Origin: Leucoraja erinacea
Taxonomy: Eukaryota
Assembly: GCF_028641065.1 (NCBI RefSeq)
Contig: NC_073398.1
Location: 18,786,001 to 18,850,000 of the forward strand
DNA: 64,000 nt
Direction of reading: 5' to 3'
A model generated the notes under the pieces. The model worked only from the letters and a program-made list of their open reading frames with translations, had not been told where the DNA came from and ran no database searches. Positions 41,392 to 54,789 of the stretch are shown one piece after another; the first letter of the stretch is position 1; every line of letters begins with the position of its first letter. A program made the position numbers and the translations under genes.

Positions 41392-42335
41392 TAACTTAAA
41401 GTCATGTTGGAGAGAAAGCTTTGGGGACAGAGAGAGATATACTATGTGATGACAAATATGATCTCATCTGCTGGAATAGCACCAGTTTAATCATAAATGA
41501 TATTTTGCATCATCTATTTTAAACTCTGCAGCTGTGTCCTGAGTATTTCACAAGTAACTCTGTGGGTTACCTCCACATGGAATGATGACATGCAGCCTCC
41601 TCTGATCCTTCGCTGTCTTCAATGGCTGGGTTTCTTCGTGAAATATAATCTCAGCTGGGACACATTATGCAAAATACCTGGCCTGTTAGACATTGTGCTT
41701 TGGGGATAGAAACACATTTTGGCACTAAATATTTAACTTTTACCCGCTGGTAATGTCATCAAGAGTGAAAGAAAATGGAGCTGTCATTAATCACGCACAA
41801 TCAGTTGGTCTCCTGTTTATCCTGTTATTCAGATTAATCAAAACTAGGGACAAACTTTTCAAAGCAGGTAAGAATAAAGATGCTGTATGATGCTTCACCC
41901 TGTTTATGTCAGATTGCAGTGGTAACATCACTTCAAAACAAGTTCATCAACTGTGAAGTGACTTGGGACATCATGACATTGTGAAGGATTACACAGGAAG
42001 GTAAGGATTGGTAAGACAGGAGATGTCTACGTATATCCCAATTTAAAGTGTTGACAAAATGTGGCCAGCAACCACCAACAACTTCAAAACAATGGCTCAA
42101 GAATGGTTTGGAAACATACAGTTACTCAAAATGTATAACTTAAACTCCACATATGTACAAAAGTCTTAAAAGTCCATTGTGTCTTTGATATTACCAATCT
42201 ATTTGGCTAAGCTACTTTCAAGAAAAATGTTTGACATTCAGATGAACCTTCTATATATTTCTAAAATCAACCAAGTCAACATGTCTCATAAGTGTATTAC
42301 ATGCATATATATGGACTTGTATGTTGTTGGTAACA

Positions 42336-43082
42336 TCTATATAAATAAAAGTCACATCTTGACCACTTGCTGTCTGCTTTTTTACAAAAAACGCTACCCT
42401 ATATCGCTATGACTTTTTGGCCATCTTCCTCACAGTCCTCCTCCGCTGAGGATTTTTCCGATCAATTGAAAAATATAAAGTTATGAGTGTTTAAAAAATC
42501 TTCAGATCAGCTGATTGGTCCTCTCGCCTGTCAATCACCATGATTAAGGTAACGCCCCTTCCGGGGGAGCAGGACCATACAACCCCGGATGCCTGGACGC
42601 GAGTCAGTTACTCTGCAAGATCGCGAGGGAGAGGCCACGACCGTCATTCTAAGCTGTGAATCAACTGAACTGTGAGTCACCAATGTGCTTAATTTCATAG
42701 CCCTTAATGACAATGCAATGAGTTGTTTGGCAATTTGGTGGCCTCCACTCTGCTTGAAATGCTATGAAATTGAATGTGGTGGCCTGCACTCTGCTAGAAA
42801 TGTTATGAAATTAAATGTGGTGGCCTGCACTCTGCTTGAAATGCTATGACATTGAAAGTGTTGCCAGCCTACCAGGCCTGAGTGACTGTGCTGCCAGCCC
42901 AAGAAACCATTTGGCCCACAATGTCCATACTAGCCATCTGGAAAACAGTCTCTACAGCCCACAACACCCATACAGCACTCCACAGCCCCCAACCCCCCCA
43001 TTGGCCACTATTGCAATTGGTGGAGAGGTGGAAGCCCCCCCCCCCCCCTCCCCCCCTTGGGACCCACGGGATTGGTTAGTCA
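42336..43082 (+). mobile_element. Non-autonomous Helitron, near full length
   Basis: A|TCTATATAAATAAAAG 5' end, three 41-bp repeats, degenerate GGGACCCACGGG..TTAGTC 3' end; colinear with 56401-57158. Confidence 0.82.
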
Positions 43083-43723
43083 CAATGCCATAGTAATTTC
43101 AAATTTATATTCTTTAAGAAACAAAAGCAAATTTGAAATGGCACACACCTTTTTGCAGCATAAATCTTCCATGCATTATACTGCAAGTTACCCTTTCTAA
43201 AGGGGTAAAATGGTTCACAAATAGTAAAAAGTATAGCACATGTCACTGGTGTTTTAAGCCATCATTATACTGCAAGTTACCAGGGAATAATGAAATGCAT
43301 TTCAATTATCAGAGTGGAGGTCTGGCAAATGTACGTAAACTTTGTTGGTTTAACTCCATTTGTCCAAGTAACATTGTTGCCACAATGTAGGCAAATTTCA
43401 TGTCAGACCATTCATGCTTTCCATTGTCACGGTTGAGCTTCTTCACCCACCCTCAGTCCATGTATTCAACTAATTACTGTTGAAATGTAAATGGACTATC
43501 CATTCTATCTGAAGAACCACAATCAGTGACGGGGAGCATTTGAGCTATCTGCCCTGTCATCTTACATAAAGTGGTTCTTAATGCCCACTACTACTTGTGA
43601 TCCCTGAACAACTATCTCCTGGATGACATGTTAAAGTTAAATTAATGATACAAGATGGTAATGGATACTTACCTAGAGAATATCAATTGTGGGCATTCAT
43701 CCAGTTCACAATTAGAAAGGAGA

Positions 43724-44141
43724 GTTAGCAAATCTATTTGATTGGAAATGTGGAGAAAACTGTTTACTGTGATTAAAATGCACAGCTGGCCATCAGCGGG
43801 ACAGGCAGCATCTACCTGACATCGATTTTAGACAATTATTGACTTTTCTTCCATGTCCAGCCAATGTATTAAAATATTCAGGTATTCGTGGCACTAAAAT
43901 GTTGAATGAAGTCTACTCAATTCAAGGAAAATGATCTGTCAGGAACCAGAATGAAAAAAAAGCATTGTTTGATACTTTGCGCAATTTGGCAGCTTGAAGT
44001 TAGCTCTATTTGATTGGAAAATTTGGAGAAATAGTTACTGTGATTAAAATGCACAGGAGCCATTCTACCTGACAATTCCAATTATACATTTCTTTATCAA
44101 AATATTCAGGTATTCATGCCACTAAAGCAATGAAGTCTACT
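43724..44141. repeat. Old imperfect tandem duplication (43724-43917 vs 43999-44141)
   Basis: Shared TCTATTTGATTGGAAA, TTACTGTGATTAAAATGCACAG, AAAATATTCAGGTATTC, AATGAAGTCTACT. Confidence 0.85.
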
Positions 44142-44465
44142 TTTGGGATTGACTAAAACAAAAAAGTAAATCCCTTTACTGTTTGTGGAAATATATCTAT
44201 GGTAAAAGTACTGAGAAGAAATAGATACAGGTATATGCACATTCAGCAGATAATCAAATGTTCTATTACTTCAATGTAAAGCCTCTTCCCTTCCCTTTTC
44301 ACATTCTCCTGTTTGCCAACATCCACAGCCCTCTAACTCTACCACGTAATGCAACAGACTTAACACCTGCCACTGGCTTTATCTTGCACTAAACATTATG
44401 CCCTTACATATCTATACAATGTGAAATGCTCGATTGTAATCTTGTATTGTCTTTCCACTGACTGG

Positions 44466-44780
44466 TTAGTTTAGTTTACAGATACAGCATGAAAACAGGC
44501 CCTTTGGCCCACCGAGTCTGCACCAACCAGTGATCCCTACATATTAACACTACCCTACACACACTAGGGACAACTTGCATTTATACCAAGCCAATTAACG
44601 TACAAACCTCTACGTCTTTGGAGTGTGGGAGGAAACCAAAGATCTCAGAAGAGCCCACACAGTCACGCGGAGAACGTATAAACTCCGAACCCGTAGCACC
44701 CGTAGTCGGGATCAAACCGATGTCTCTGGCACTGCAAACAATGTATGCAGCAACTCTACCGCTGTGCCACCATGCCGCCC
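44466..44780 (-). mobile_element. HE1-like SINE nested in a LINE 3' tail (about 44300-44845, +)
   Basis: Host sequence CTGGTT|GGCATG..AACAAAAGCTTTT is uninterrupted at 50505-50530. Confidence 0.85.
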
Positions 44781-45487
44781 TGTGGCATGTAACAAAAGCT
44801 TTTTACTATACCTCGGTACACATGACAATAAACCAAACTAACTAATTAACTTCTCTTCCCACCATCCATGGGCCTAAATTCCCCACAGTGTACACTTTGG
44901 TAGCATAACATAGACTGAGACTACAGAGAAGATAGAGACAGCACCCACATTCATTGAAATATACATACAACACCTAGTTAATGAGATAGATGCCAAGTTC
45001 CATACATTGCAAGGGCAAAGTAGGTGGCACCAAAGGTACATTGTTGAAAGAGCACATCAAATTCAGATTGACAAACGTGAGGGTCCATAACCAGAAAGAC
45101 TTGACCATTGCAGAGATTAAAAGGCTACAATTTAATTAATACTTCAATTTGGTTTTTTTAACAAAAAATGCTGGAAATATTCATCAGGTCAGGTAACATC
45201 TATGGAGGGAGAAACCAACTTATCGTGTCTGATGCTGTCCTTTCAACAGAACTCAGTAGTTTTGGGTTGGACTTAATCCTAGTTAAGTGTTTTTCAAATA
45301 CTCTCTGTATGAAAACGGATTTTTCAAATTCATCCCTCAGATTTAGTTGAACACTTGGCAGTTCAAATAGGAACTGCAACAATAGCAAGTCAGTGAATAG
45401 GAAGGTGGTACCGGAGATTGCGTTCTTTAGAGATTTCAAGAAAGGACTCTTTATACGAGGATCACATTCTTTATTCAATTCAGCTCT

Positions 45488-45503
45488 CCCTCCAGGGGGC
45501 CAG
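45488..45503 (+). promoter_or_regulatory. Candidate CTCF motif
   Basis: CCCTCCAGGGGGCCAG resembles the CTCF core, in non-repeat sequence; motif only. Confidence 0.35.
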
Positions 45504-45818
45504 TTAACCCAGTACCGCAGGGAGTTTAAATCCAATAGACTCCAGCTAGTATTAGTTATGGGCACCGTTGACAGTCAATTTGTTATAATAAAGTCAGATT
45601 CACCATAAAATGGAAAACTCATAGAATATTTGAAATAGGCGGAAATGATTGTACTTCTGTTAATTACAAGACCTGCTCATCATTATTTCCCACATCGCTC
45701 CATACATTATAACATTTCCGGTGACACAAAGTAATAAAATCATATTAAACCAGCTGATTACCATCGCTTTGCCTACAATTTATGAGAATAGTTTTTTTTT
45801 CTTAAGATCAACAACAGA

Positions 45819-46090
45819 AGGGTGGCACAGTTGTGCAGCTGGAAGAGCTGCTGCCTAATCGTGCCAAATACCTGGGTTCGATCCTGACCTTGGATGTTAT
45901 CTATGTAGAGTTTGCAAGCTCTTCTTGTGACTGACTGTGTGGATTTCCTCAGGGTGCTCCGGTTTCCTCCAACATCCCAAACATGTGAATGTGAAAATGG
46001 GATAACATAGAACTAGTGTGAATGGGTGATCAATGGTTGGCATGGAATGAAGAGCCTGTTTCCATGTTATATCTCTGGACTGAACTAAAC
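45819..46090 (+). mobile_element. HE1-like V-SINE
   Basis: Family motifs, internal deletion. Confidence 0.82.
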
Positions 46091-46274
46091 AGAATAGTCT
46101 GAGACATTCGAGTAAAACATTGTAGGATGCTTTATTCAAATTGTAAAAAAGATGAAGTAATTTTCCGTTTTAAAACCAGTAACGGTCACACTATTGTATC
46201 TGACTAATGCTACAATCTTATATTGGATACACATTTTGCAAACTGTTGTACTTATAAATCAAGTTTTCCAACCC

Positions 46275-46515
46275 GAGGGGCAACCTTTACACACAGAGGT
46301 TGGTGAGTATGTGGAACGAGCTGCTAGAGGAGGCAGTTTGAGGCAAGCACTATAACAACTTCTAAAATACATTTGGACAGGTACATGAAGAGGAAAGGTT
46401 TAGAGGGATATCGGCCAAACATGGGCTGATGGGAATAGTATAAGGAATCTTGGTCGGCACAGTCAAGTTGGGGTGAAGGATCTATTGGTCATACTGCTGT
46501 ATGACTCTATAACTA
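46275..46515 (+). mobile_element. CR1 LINE 3' end
   Basis: Family motifs. Confidence 0.8.
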
Positions 46516-46733
46516 TGATCATTTGCCTCAGCCTACCACCCAATAATGAATGTTCAAAATAGAATTGGAGGTTTCATTTTGATTTGGGCAGCTTCACTCT
46601 AAATGGCTTTTCTGATTAGGAAATTTAAAGCAGTAGGTACTGGTGGACTAATTATACTGTATGTGTACAATTCAGTTACTCATCTGTCTGAACCTATCAA
46701 AGCATGTACCAAACTCACCATTTACATTTCTTA

Positions 46734-46970
46734 TGCCCCTGTCCTCACTTAGGAAACCTGAACGGAAACCTCTAGAGACTTTGCGCCCCACCCAAGGTTT
46801 CCGTGCGGTTCCCGGAGGTTGCAGGTGGTTGCCGGAGGTTGCAGTTAGTGGAAGCAGGTAGGAAGACTGACAAAAACCTCCGGGAACCTCCGGGAACCGC
46901 ACGGAAACCTTGGTTGGGGCGCAAAGTCTCTAGAGGTTTCCGTTCGGGTTTCCTAAGTGGGGCAGGGGCA
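46734..46970. mobile_element. PIF/Harbinger-type MITE with ~85-bp TIRs
   Basis: TGCCCCTGTCC..CACTTAGGAAACC / GGTTTCCTAAGTGGGGCAGGGGCA; TTA at 46731-46733 and 46971-46973. Confidence 0.9.
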
Positions 46971-48348
46971 TTAAGGTTGGAACCAGGAATAGGAAAGTGG
47001 TAGAGCTTAAGTAGGAAGAGACAGAGAGTAAGAAAATGTACTAAAAACATTCCTAAATGCATCTTAAATAAACTGCAAACTACTGCATAATTTTTCAACT
47101 ATAATTACTTTGTGTAAAAAATGTCAAACTTAAAGGTTTAAACGTTTACAGTTCTAGAGTACATTCATTATTTCTAGTCCATTTTTTTTATCTCTACTGT
47201 CTACTTTGTGCATAAACAATAGTAGATTATTCCACAATGTAAATTACTAATACACTAGATTTCACCCATGACTTTTATGTTTGCAAAATAGTCCCCAAAA
47301 GTAGCAGTTCTGTCACTTATTCTAGCTGCTTTGATCAAACTGAATTGTAAGCCATGGAAAATAAATATCCCCTTCCACACTCAGTGAATCAAACACATAA
47401 CTTAAGTGTTTTAATCTAAAGGAATGTTTAGTGTTTAGGAAGATTTTGGGGAATTTTAAATAATGAAGTAATTTATTTAATCGTGGTCATAGAATCATAC
47501 AATAGTGAAACAAACCCTTTGGCCCAACTCATCCTCCCCAACCAAAATGCTCCATCTAAGCTATTCCCATTTCCCAGTTTATGTTCCAAGTTAACCAATA
47601 TTATTCTTCAAATGCAAAATACAACAGGTTCAAGAATTCTGAAATAAAACAGTGCTTGAAGCACTCAAGATATCTGACAGGATTCATGGTACCCTGAACA
47701 GGGTCAGTGTTCGTCATTCACAATCCATGCCATAGTTTGACCTACACCACAACTACAGGTTAGACTAGCACAGACATTCCACAGATGCTGATTGTCTGCA
47801 CAGAAGTATTTCCTGGAGAAACAGGCGAGAACTGCCAACTGATGAGACTCCAGTTCAAACACACACAGGGCAAGTACTGGCATCTGTGACCAGGAATTTA
47901 TCAACACAAAAATATAAAATCAGAAGAAACAGGACTGGAAATAGGCCAGTCACCTGCAAGCATGCAACACCAATTAATAAGATCATGGCTCACCCAATCT
48001 TGGCTTCAATCCTGTGTTCTCACTCTGTCCCAAGACACTTTTAACTGTTGTAGCAATTTGAAACATAATATGAAACATGATTCAGCAGTGCCCCATTGTG
48101 GTCATTGCTAAGGTGTAAATGGAATTCCAAAATAACTTGTGGGGATCTTCACATAACTAAGACTGCAGTTTTAAACACCTTAGCATGACAGTCATTGTCA
48201 TAAAGCCAAACACACAACAAAGCTCATTTGATCGTACATTCCAATAGCAATTCATGTTATATTAAAGATGGTAGGTTATTTTGCAGCAAATGTAATCATT
48301 GTTTTTTTGTTTCATGGTTCAAAGTTACGTTCTTGTCACACATAGCCA

Positions 48349-48623
48349 AGGGTTGGCGCATTGGCTCAGCGGTAGAGTTGCTGCTTTACAATGCCAGGGA
48401 CCCGGGTTCTGACAACAAGTGTAGTCTGTACAGAGTCTGTACGTTCTTCTTGTGACCACATGGGTTTTCCCTAGGTGCTCCGGTTTCCTCCCACACTCCA
48501 TGGACGTTCAAGTTTGTAGGTTAATTGGCTTGTAAAGTGTCCCTAGTGTGTAAGTAGGTGCTAGTGTGTGGGGATCACTGTTTGGCATGGTCTCTGTGGG
48601 CCAAAGAACCACTGAACTAAACT
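48349..48623 (+). mobile_element. HE1-like V-SINE
   Basis: Family motifs. Confidence 0.82.
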
Positions 48624-50269
48624 ACAGGGAAATTATTTTTCTGCACACAGTTCAGTGACAATGCTGCAATACATTAGGCATAGTCATAATAAGCATAAGA
48701 ACTATGTTTCATATAAGAATATTACATTGACAATCACACTGACTCTGTACACAAAGGCGCCACGTTTTAGGTGTCATGGTATTATTATAAATTATATTGT
48801 CAGTTGTATGCCCTTGTCCGGAAGAAGAGATCCCTGCAAACATGAGGTTGGTTGAGAAGGATAGCATTTTTTTTAATTGAGAACCATGGATGCAAAGTAA
48901 ACAAACAATAGAAACATAAAGCCAGAGTATAGGCTGGAAATCTATCAAAGGATGGACATCGAGATAAGAAAATAAAATTAACAATGCACACTGAGGAAGG
49001 AGAAAGGTGGAGGGAACGATATGTATAGTAAATTTTTTTTTATGATTTTGGATTGACTCCTATCTGCTCAGTTAAAGCTTGTGACATTACAGCAGGATCC
49101 ACCACCTAGAAAGTCTCTTGAGATCAACGATTACTTGCTTTCATTCCTCTTGTGTGGGTTCTGAGGTGCCTAATGAGGCTAAAATGCGATCCAGATTGTC
49201 CCACACATGGGGCAGTGGGCAGTTGACAGGGCTGGAGGCTGGGACGCTGCAGTTTGCACTGGACTTGTCTACTCCCCACTCATGGCCCCATGGTTCACTG
49301 TGCCAGCACCAGTGATCCCACACTACCCTGTGCTGTCTATTGCCAAAAATATCCACTCTTTGGTGGGGAGCTTCCAAGTAGATATTGAGAAAATTGTTGA
49401 AGCTCTTCCTCTGGCTACCTGATAATCACATCCCAGGATTGAGTCGGAACAGACTGTAGGCTTCTGGCATCAAGTGCGTGCACAGTGTGGCATACCTCAC
49501 TGACATGACTGGGTCAAGTTAGGGCCTGGTAGAGGACAGTACGGTTTGTTTGTTTGCTTGACATTGATCTGCACTGAGATTGGATTTGTAGTGAATCCAT
49601 CAGTTAGGATGTCGCGAGCATGACAGCAGCTATTGTGACCAGAAACAATACGAAAAAACGAGAATATAAATTGTTTTGAATTGGTTTTTTTAAATTCAGT
49701 GCTTTCAGTAAACCAAGTTGCCAATAGCTTATTTTTCATATCTTTATACATTTCCCTTGGAGAACAAGCAGAGTGGGAGAAGGTCTCAGAGGCTAATTAA
49801 CAGTCTGAGTATCTAAAGTAGACGTACTCTTTCCATTGCGGTAACTAACTCTGTACCAGCACATCTTGAACATAAATCACGGAATACAGCCACTGCAGCC
49901 AATCGCCTGTTTCTATTGCTGCAGACTCAATATCACGTGCCTTTTTAATGTTATAAATCTACTTCAATTTATTTCATGTGCATGAAAGGCAGGTATCTGG
50001 GTTGTTAAGAGGTCTTCTGAGATCGTTATGCTAAAATTCCCCAGTGCACACTTCTTCCTTCCTTGTTCCTGCCTCCTGCTTTTAAAGTTCAGAATCAGTC
50101 TCTGCTGTCAAATAAAAGAGGTGAAAAGAAGAATTCCCCAGAAATTAAATTGCATCTATTTTTGGTGGTTGCACACAAAGCTAATTCCCAATTGGGCTTC
50201 CATCAAAAATAATGCCAAAATTGTCCCAGGTCCACTTAGAAATGGTGTACATTCACAAACTAGTACTAA

Positions 50270-50575
50270 AATGATGCATCACAGCTCCATCCAAGACCGC
50301 AAGAAATTGTTGCAAATTGTGGAGGAAGACCAGACATCACACAAACCAACCTCCCTTCTATTGACTCAATTTTTACCTCACGCTACCTCGGCCTATCCTT
50401 GATCGGACTTCGCTAGCTTTACCTTGCACTAAACGTTATTCCCTTTTCATATATCTGTACAGTGTAAATGGATCGATTAATCTCACGTATTGTCTTTCTG
50501 CTGGCTGGTTGGCATGCAACAAAAGCTTTTCACTGTACCGCGGTGCTCGTGACAATAAACTAAACTGAACTGAAC
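50270..50575 (+). mobile_element. Rex1/Babar-like LINE 3' remnant
   Basis: QDRKKLLQIV-like C-terminus, GACAATAAACTAAACTGAAC tail; relatives near 18390, 44300, 57893, 59124. Confidence 0.65.
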
Positions 50576-51919
50576 AAAGGTACCTCACCCCCAAGGTTGC
50601 TCATCCCCCAACACTGTGGTGCACAGCATCCACACTCCCCACAATCCACAGCACACCTGGGCGACCACATCCATGTTCATTCAAGAGACATACAGTGTGC
50701 GGGCTCCTGATGGCTTAGTTTACTCACATCCAGGTCTGTATAATTGCATTTATCTTAAAGGGAGACATAACATACACTACCTCATTAGCATTTGTCCCTC
50801 CCACACATAGAAAACTGAGTCTCTGCATGTTCCCTCCCTGTTAGGGACGTGAGAAGCCGGTATTAGTGGGGGGACAAAACAAGAAAGATGGGTGGCACCT
50901 GAGCAGGAACAATTCCCTGACCACCAAATCAAAAGGGAGAGAGTTACATTTAGCTCTTAAGGCTAACAGAATCAAGGGATATGGGGAAAAAGTGGGAACG
51001 GGGTACTGATTTTGGATGATCAGCCATGATTATATTGAATGGTGATGCTGGTTCCAAGGGCCGAATGGCCTACTCCTGCAACTATTTTCTATATTTTTAA
51101 TATTACTGCTGGTCCTCTTAGTCCTGTTGCTGACCAGACTCCACCTCATGGGTCCCAGGCATCAGAATTCCTCCCACTTTTTCCTCCGTATGGGGTTACA
51201 GTCTTTGACACAAATGTATGCTGCGTGCGGCATGCAGACCACAAGGTGTATTTTATCTGCTTGTAGTAAGGTACCCTTGGACTAATGCACAAAGCAAGAT
51301 GCCCATCTTCAGATGGCAATCACCATGATCCCAGTATTTAGATGGATCTCGATGCACCTGTCCCCCAGTTCTTGCCCCCCAGCATCCACTCCAAAGGCAC
51401 TGGCAGACCCACTCAGGACAAAGGAGATATGCCTGATCTCCAAAACATGGCACTCCTCATTGAGATATTTATCTTATGATCCACATTGACGCATCATTCA
51501 GAGAGTCAAAATCTGCCATTAATAACGCCCTCTTCGGAAGGTGAATGCAGTTAACATCTGACTATGCTTGTGGGAGGTAGTTATATGCAACATGCCCTTC
51601 ACAAGTTGAGTAGCCCATGATGAGAGTGTGGTCTCCAGCACAGTGTACTATTGGTAAGACCAACAATGGATTTCATGGTGCCTCAAGAACAGGTGCAATT
51701 TCTCAGCTCATGATTTTCTTTCAAAAAGTAAAGGAATGTTTGGGCATTGATTTTCCTTCCAACAGCAAAATAAATGTGAAGATAAATTATCCCCAAATAC
51801 ATCTCTGCCTCTGCTAAGTAGGCAATAGTTTTCTCTACTCATAGCTGAGACGCCTTCCGTGGTTTATGCTGACCTGAACCATTGTATCTGCTGTTGCTCC
51901 TGATGTAAATGGAAAGTGT

Positions 51920-52370
51920 GCAGACAAGATTTATGAGGATGTTGCCAGTACTCATGGGACTGAGCTATAGGGGGAGGTTAAGTGAGCTTGGACTCTTTTC
52001 CTTGGAGTGCAGGAGGATGAGGTGGGATGTTTACAAAATCATAAGAGGAATAAGTCAGTTGGACGCACAGTCTCTTGCCTAGAGTAGGGAAATCAAAAAC
52101 CAGAGGACATAGGTTTAAGGTGAGGGGGAAAAGATTTATAGGAACTTGAGGGGTAACCTTTCACACAGAGGGTGGTGGGAGCATGGAACGACCTGCTGGA
52201 GGAGGAAGTAGAAGCAGGTAGTATCACAGTGTTTAAGAAACATTTGGACAGGTACATGGATAGGACAGGTTTAGAGCGATATGGGCCAAACACAGGCAGG
52301 TAGGACATGCTGGTCAGTGTGGATGTTGGGCCGAAGGGCCTGTTTCCATGCTGTGGGACTCTATAACTCC
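51920..52370 (+). mobile_element. CR1 LINE 3' fragment
   Basis: RT C-terminus and 3'UTR motifs. Confidence 0.85.
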
Positions 52371-53399
52371 ATATAGATATTTGTTGTGCAGATAGGCACC
52401 AGGTCTACCTCCCCCAGAACTCTTCGGCAGGCAAAGACGTTTTCCTTCTTACGTATGTAATTTCAAATATCCTATTATGGCGTCAAGAAATACCGGAATA
52501 CTTATTAACTCCACATGGTCAAATCCCAGATTATCCTCATTGTTGACCTTTCTTCACCACCCAAATGTCCCATGTAAGGGCTGCTGTAGAGAGCACAGTT
52601 GCCTGTGTTGATGTGTACCGGAGCAAATCAATCACCGTGACTAACTTTAGAGATCTTAAGCCTTAGTTATTGTACGGAAGCCTGCGTTCAATTCTAGCTT
52701 CTTTAGCCTTTATACACATTCCTGCCATTCCCAATGGTCCCACAACTCAGTTCTGCACACCAGTCAGCAGAACCCAATCTATTTGTAGCCAGAACCAGTG
52801 TAGTTATATTCAGCCTGGGGAATTTTGAATGTCAGCATAAACTATAGGGCAGGAATGAGCTGGGCTCCACAGTGGAGACACAAGGGGAGGAGCTGGCCAG
52901 AGACCCAGCTTGGGTCCTTAACTGGCTACCAATCCCTCATATCTAGGTCCCATTAGGACCTCAGCTCCCGAGTAACTGGGCGATATGCACCAGTTGCCAG
53001 TTTTGTAAGAATCCCTACATAACGTGCCTGATAATTTAATTGAACTGCAGTATATTGTGGAGCAGAAGGGCTGCTTGAACCAACATCCCAGTGACAGACG
53101 TCCTAAGGCCAGCTCTAGAATCCCTCATGAATTCTCAGTGTACTTCTGTGGATACTTCATTATCCAATCTATAAATGTATATCTTGTGCATTTTCAATAT
53201 GCTGCCAAATTAAATTGAATATTGTGATGTTCATTCTTCAGACACAGCTCATAGTGTTGATGTAACTGGATGGGGTGTGACCAAACTGGTATGGATAAGA
53301 CAGTTGTCACTTGGAATGGACATTGCATTTTTTCTCTCAGGCTTCCTCCTAATGTTCTCACATCTTCAAACCCATAAAGGAGACAAAGGCGATAGCAGT

Positions 53400-54200
53400 A
53401 AGTCTACACTGCAGGGTTTCGACTTTTTTGTCGTATTCCCCTTCTCTGCCTCCGTCTGCGCTGAGGCCTGGTGGAGCTGACGACCTCGAGGCTCCGGAGC
53501 CCGTCAGAACTCGCCCTGAGCTCGCTCCCGTGAGGGTGTCTGGCTCAGGGCTGGAACAGTGAGAGGTTGGGACGCTCCCGTGAGGGCGCCCAGCCCGAGG
53601 GTGGAACGAGGCTCCCGTCGGAGCGGCCGAGCTCGGGGAGGTGCGGAGCTCGCTGCCTGAGGGAGGTTCGGCGCCCGCCCGAGGGAGAATGTCGGGGCGG
53701 CCCAGCCCGAGGGAGAAGCGACGCCCAAGTCGGGGCAGCCCAGCCCGGGGGAGGTTCGGCACCCATGTCGGGGCGGCCTGGCCCAGGGGAGGTTCAGCGC
53801 CCATGTCGGGGCGGCCCAGCCCGAGGCTGCAGACGGTACGGTACTCACGTGAGGGTGGCTGGGACGGTGTTCTGGCGGTGGTGGCCTGAGTCCGGGGTTC
53901 GGCCACGGGCCAGCGGCTGCGTCTGCAGGACTGGTGGGCGGCAGCTTCGACCACCCCGGGCCGCGGTGTTTGAGCCGCGGGACTGATTTATAACATCGCC
54001 CGGGGGGTATCGCCTCAGCGCAGAGGGAGAAGAGGAGGGAAGAGACTGCAGACCTAAGACTTTTGCCTCCATCACAGTGATGAGATGCTGGGTGGACTCA
54101 CTGTGGTGGATGTTAATATATGTTTATTGTTGTTTTATATGTATTACTGCTGCAATTTCGTTCAGACTTTGGTCTGAATGACAATAAAGGCTATCTCTCT
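53400..54200 (+). mobile_element. GC-rich non-autonomous retroposon with internal ~39-bp repeats
   Basis: GGCCCAGCCCGAGGG repeats 53520-53830, stem-loop 54069-54109, GACAATAAAGG tail; left boundary uncertain. Confidence 0.7.
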
Positions 54201-54322
54201 AAAGTGTGGCATTATGCAGGAAAGGCACCCATTGACATTCAGAGGTGATGCAGATGGTTGGTGGTCATCTCTGGTGTGACTTGGAGGAAGGACAGGCATT
54301 TTGAGATAAGAATACTATGTTG

Positions 54323-54584
54323 AGTTTAGACGTACAGTGCCCACTGAGCCCATGCCAACCTGCGATCATCGTTCTCTAGCACTATCCTACACATTAGGGA
54401 CAATTTACAATTTTTACCAAACCCAATTAACCTACAAACCTGTACGTCTTTGAAGTGTGTGAGGAAACCGGAGCACCCAATGAAAAGACACATGGTCATG
54501 GGGAAAACGTACAAACTGTGTACAGACAGCACCTGTGGTCAGGATCGAACTCGGGACTCTGGCGCTATAAGGCAGCAACTCTGC
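54323..54584 (-). mobile_element. HE1-like V-SINE
   Basis: Family motifs. Confidence 0.82.
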
Positions 54585-54789
54585 CTTACATTTAGGACTC
54601 TAGGACAGGTGCACCTAATATCACCACACTTGCATCAGATTAACAGCTCAAATCTATTGTTTTTTTACTACTTTACTAGGTGGAATCTAATTATTGTTGA
54701 ACATGAGCTGAAGTCTTGCAACTACCTTCTTTTGAAAGATAATTGGATAGAAAATAGAACAATAGTTTTAAAACCGACTTTAATTTTTC

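Noticed and set aside
52850-53019. Possible LTR end (TGTAGGGA on minus strand)
   Set aside because: No matching other terminus, TSD or internal domain found
53358-53986. 198-aa and overlapping ORFs; possible CpG-island promoter
   Set aside because: GC-rich repeat body lacking stops by composition; shares hairpin and tail with other dispersed copies
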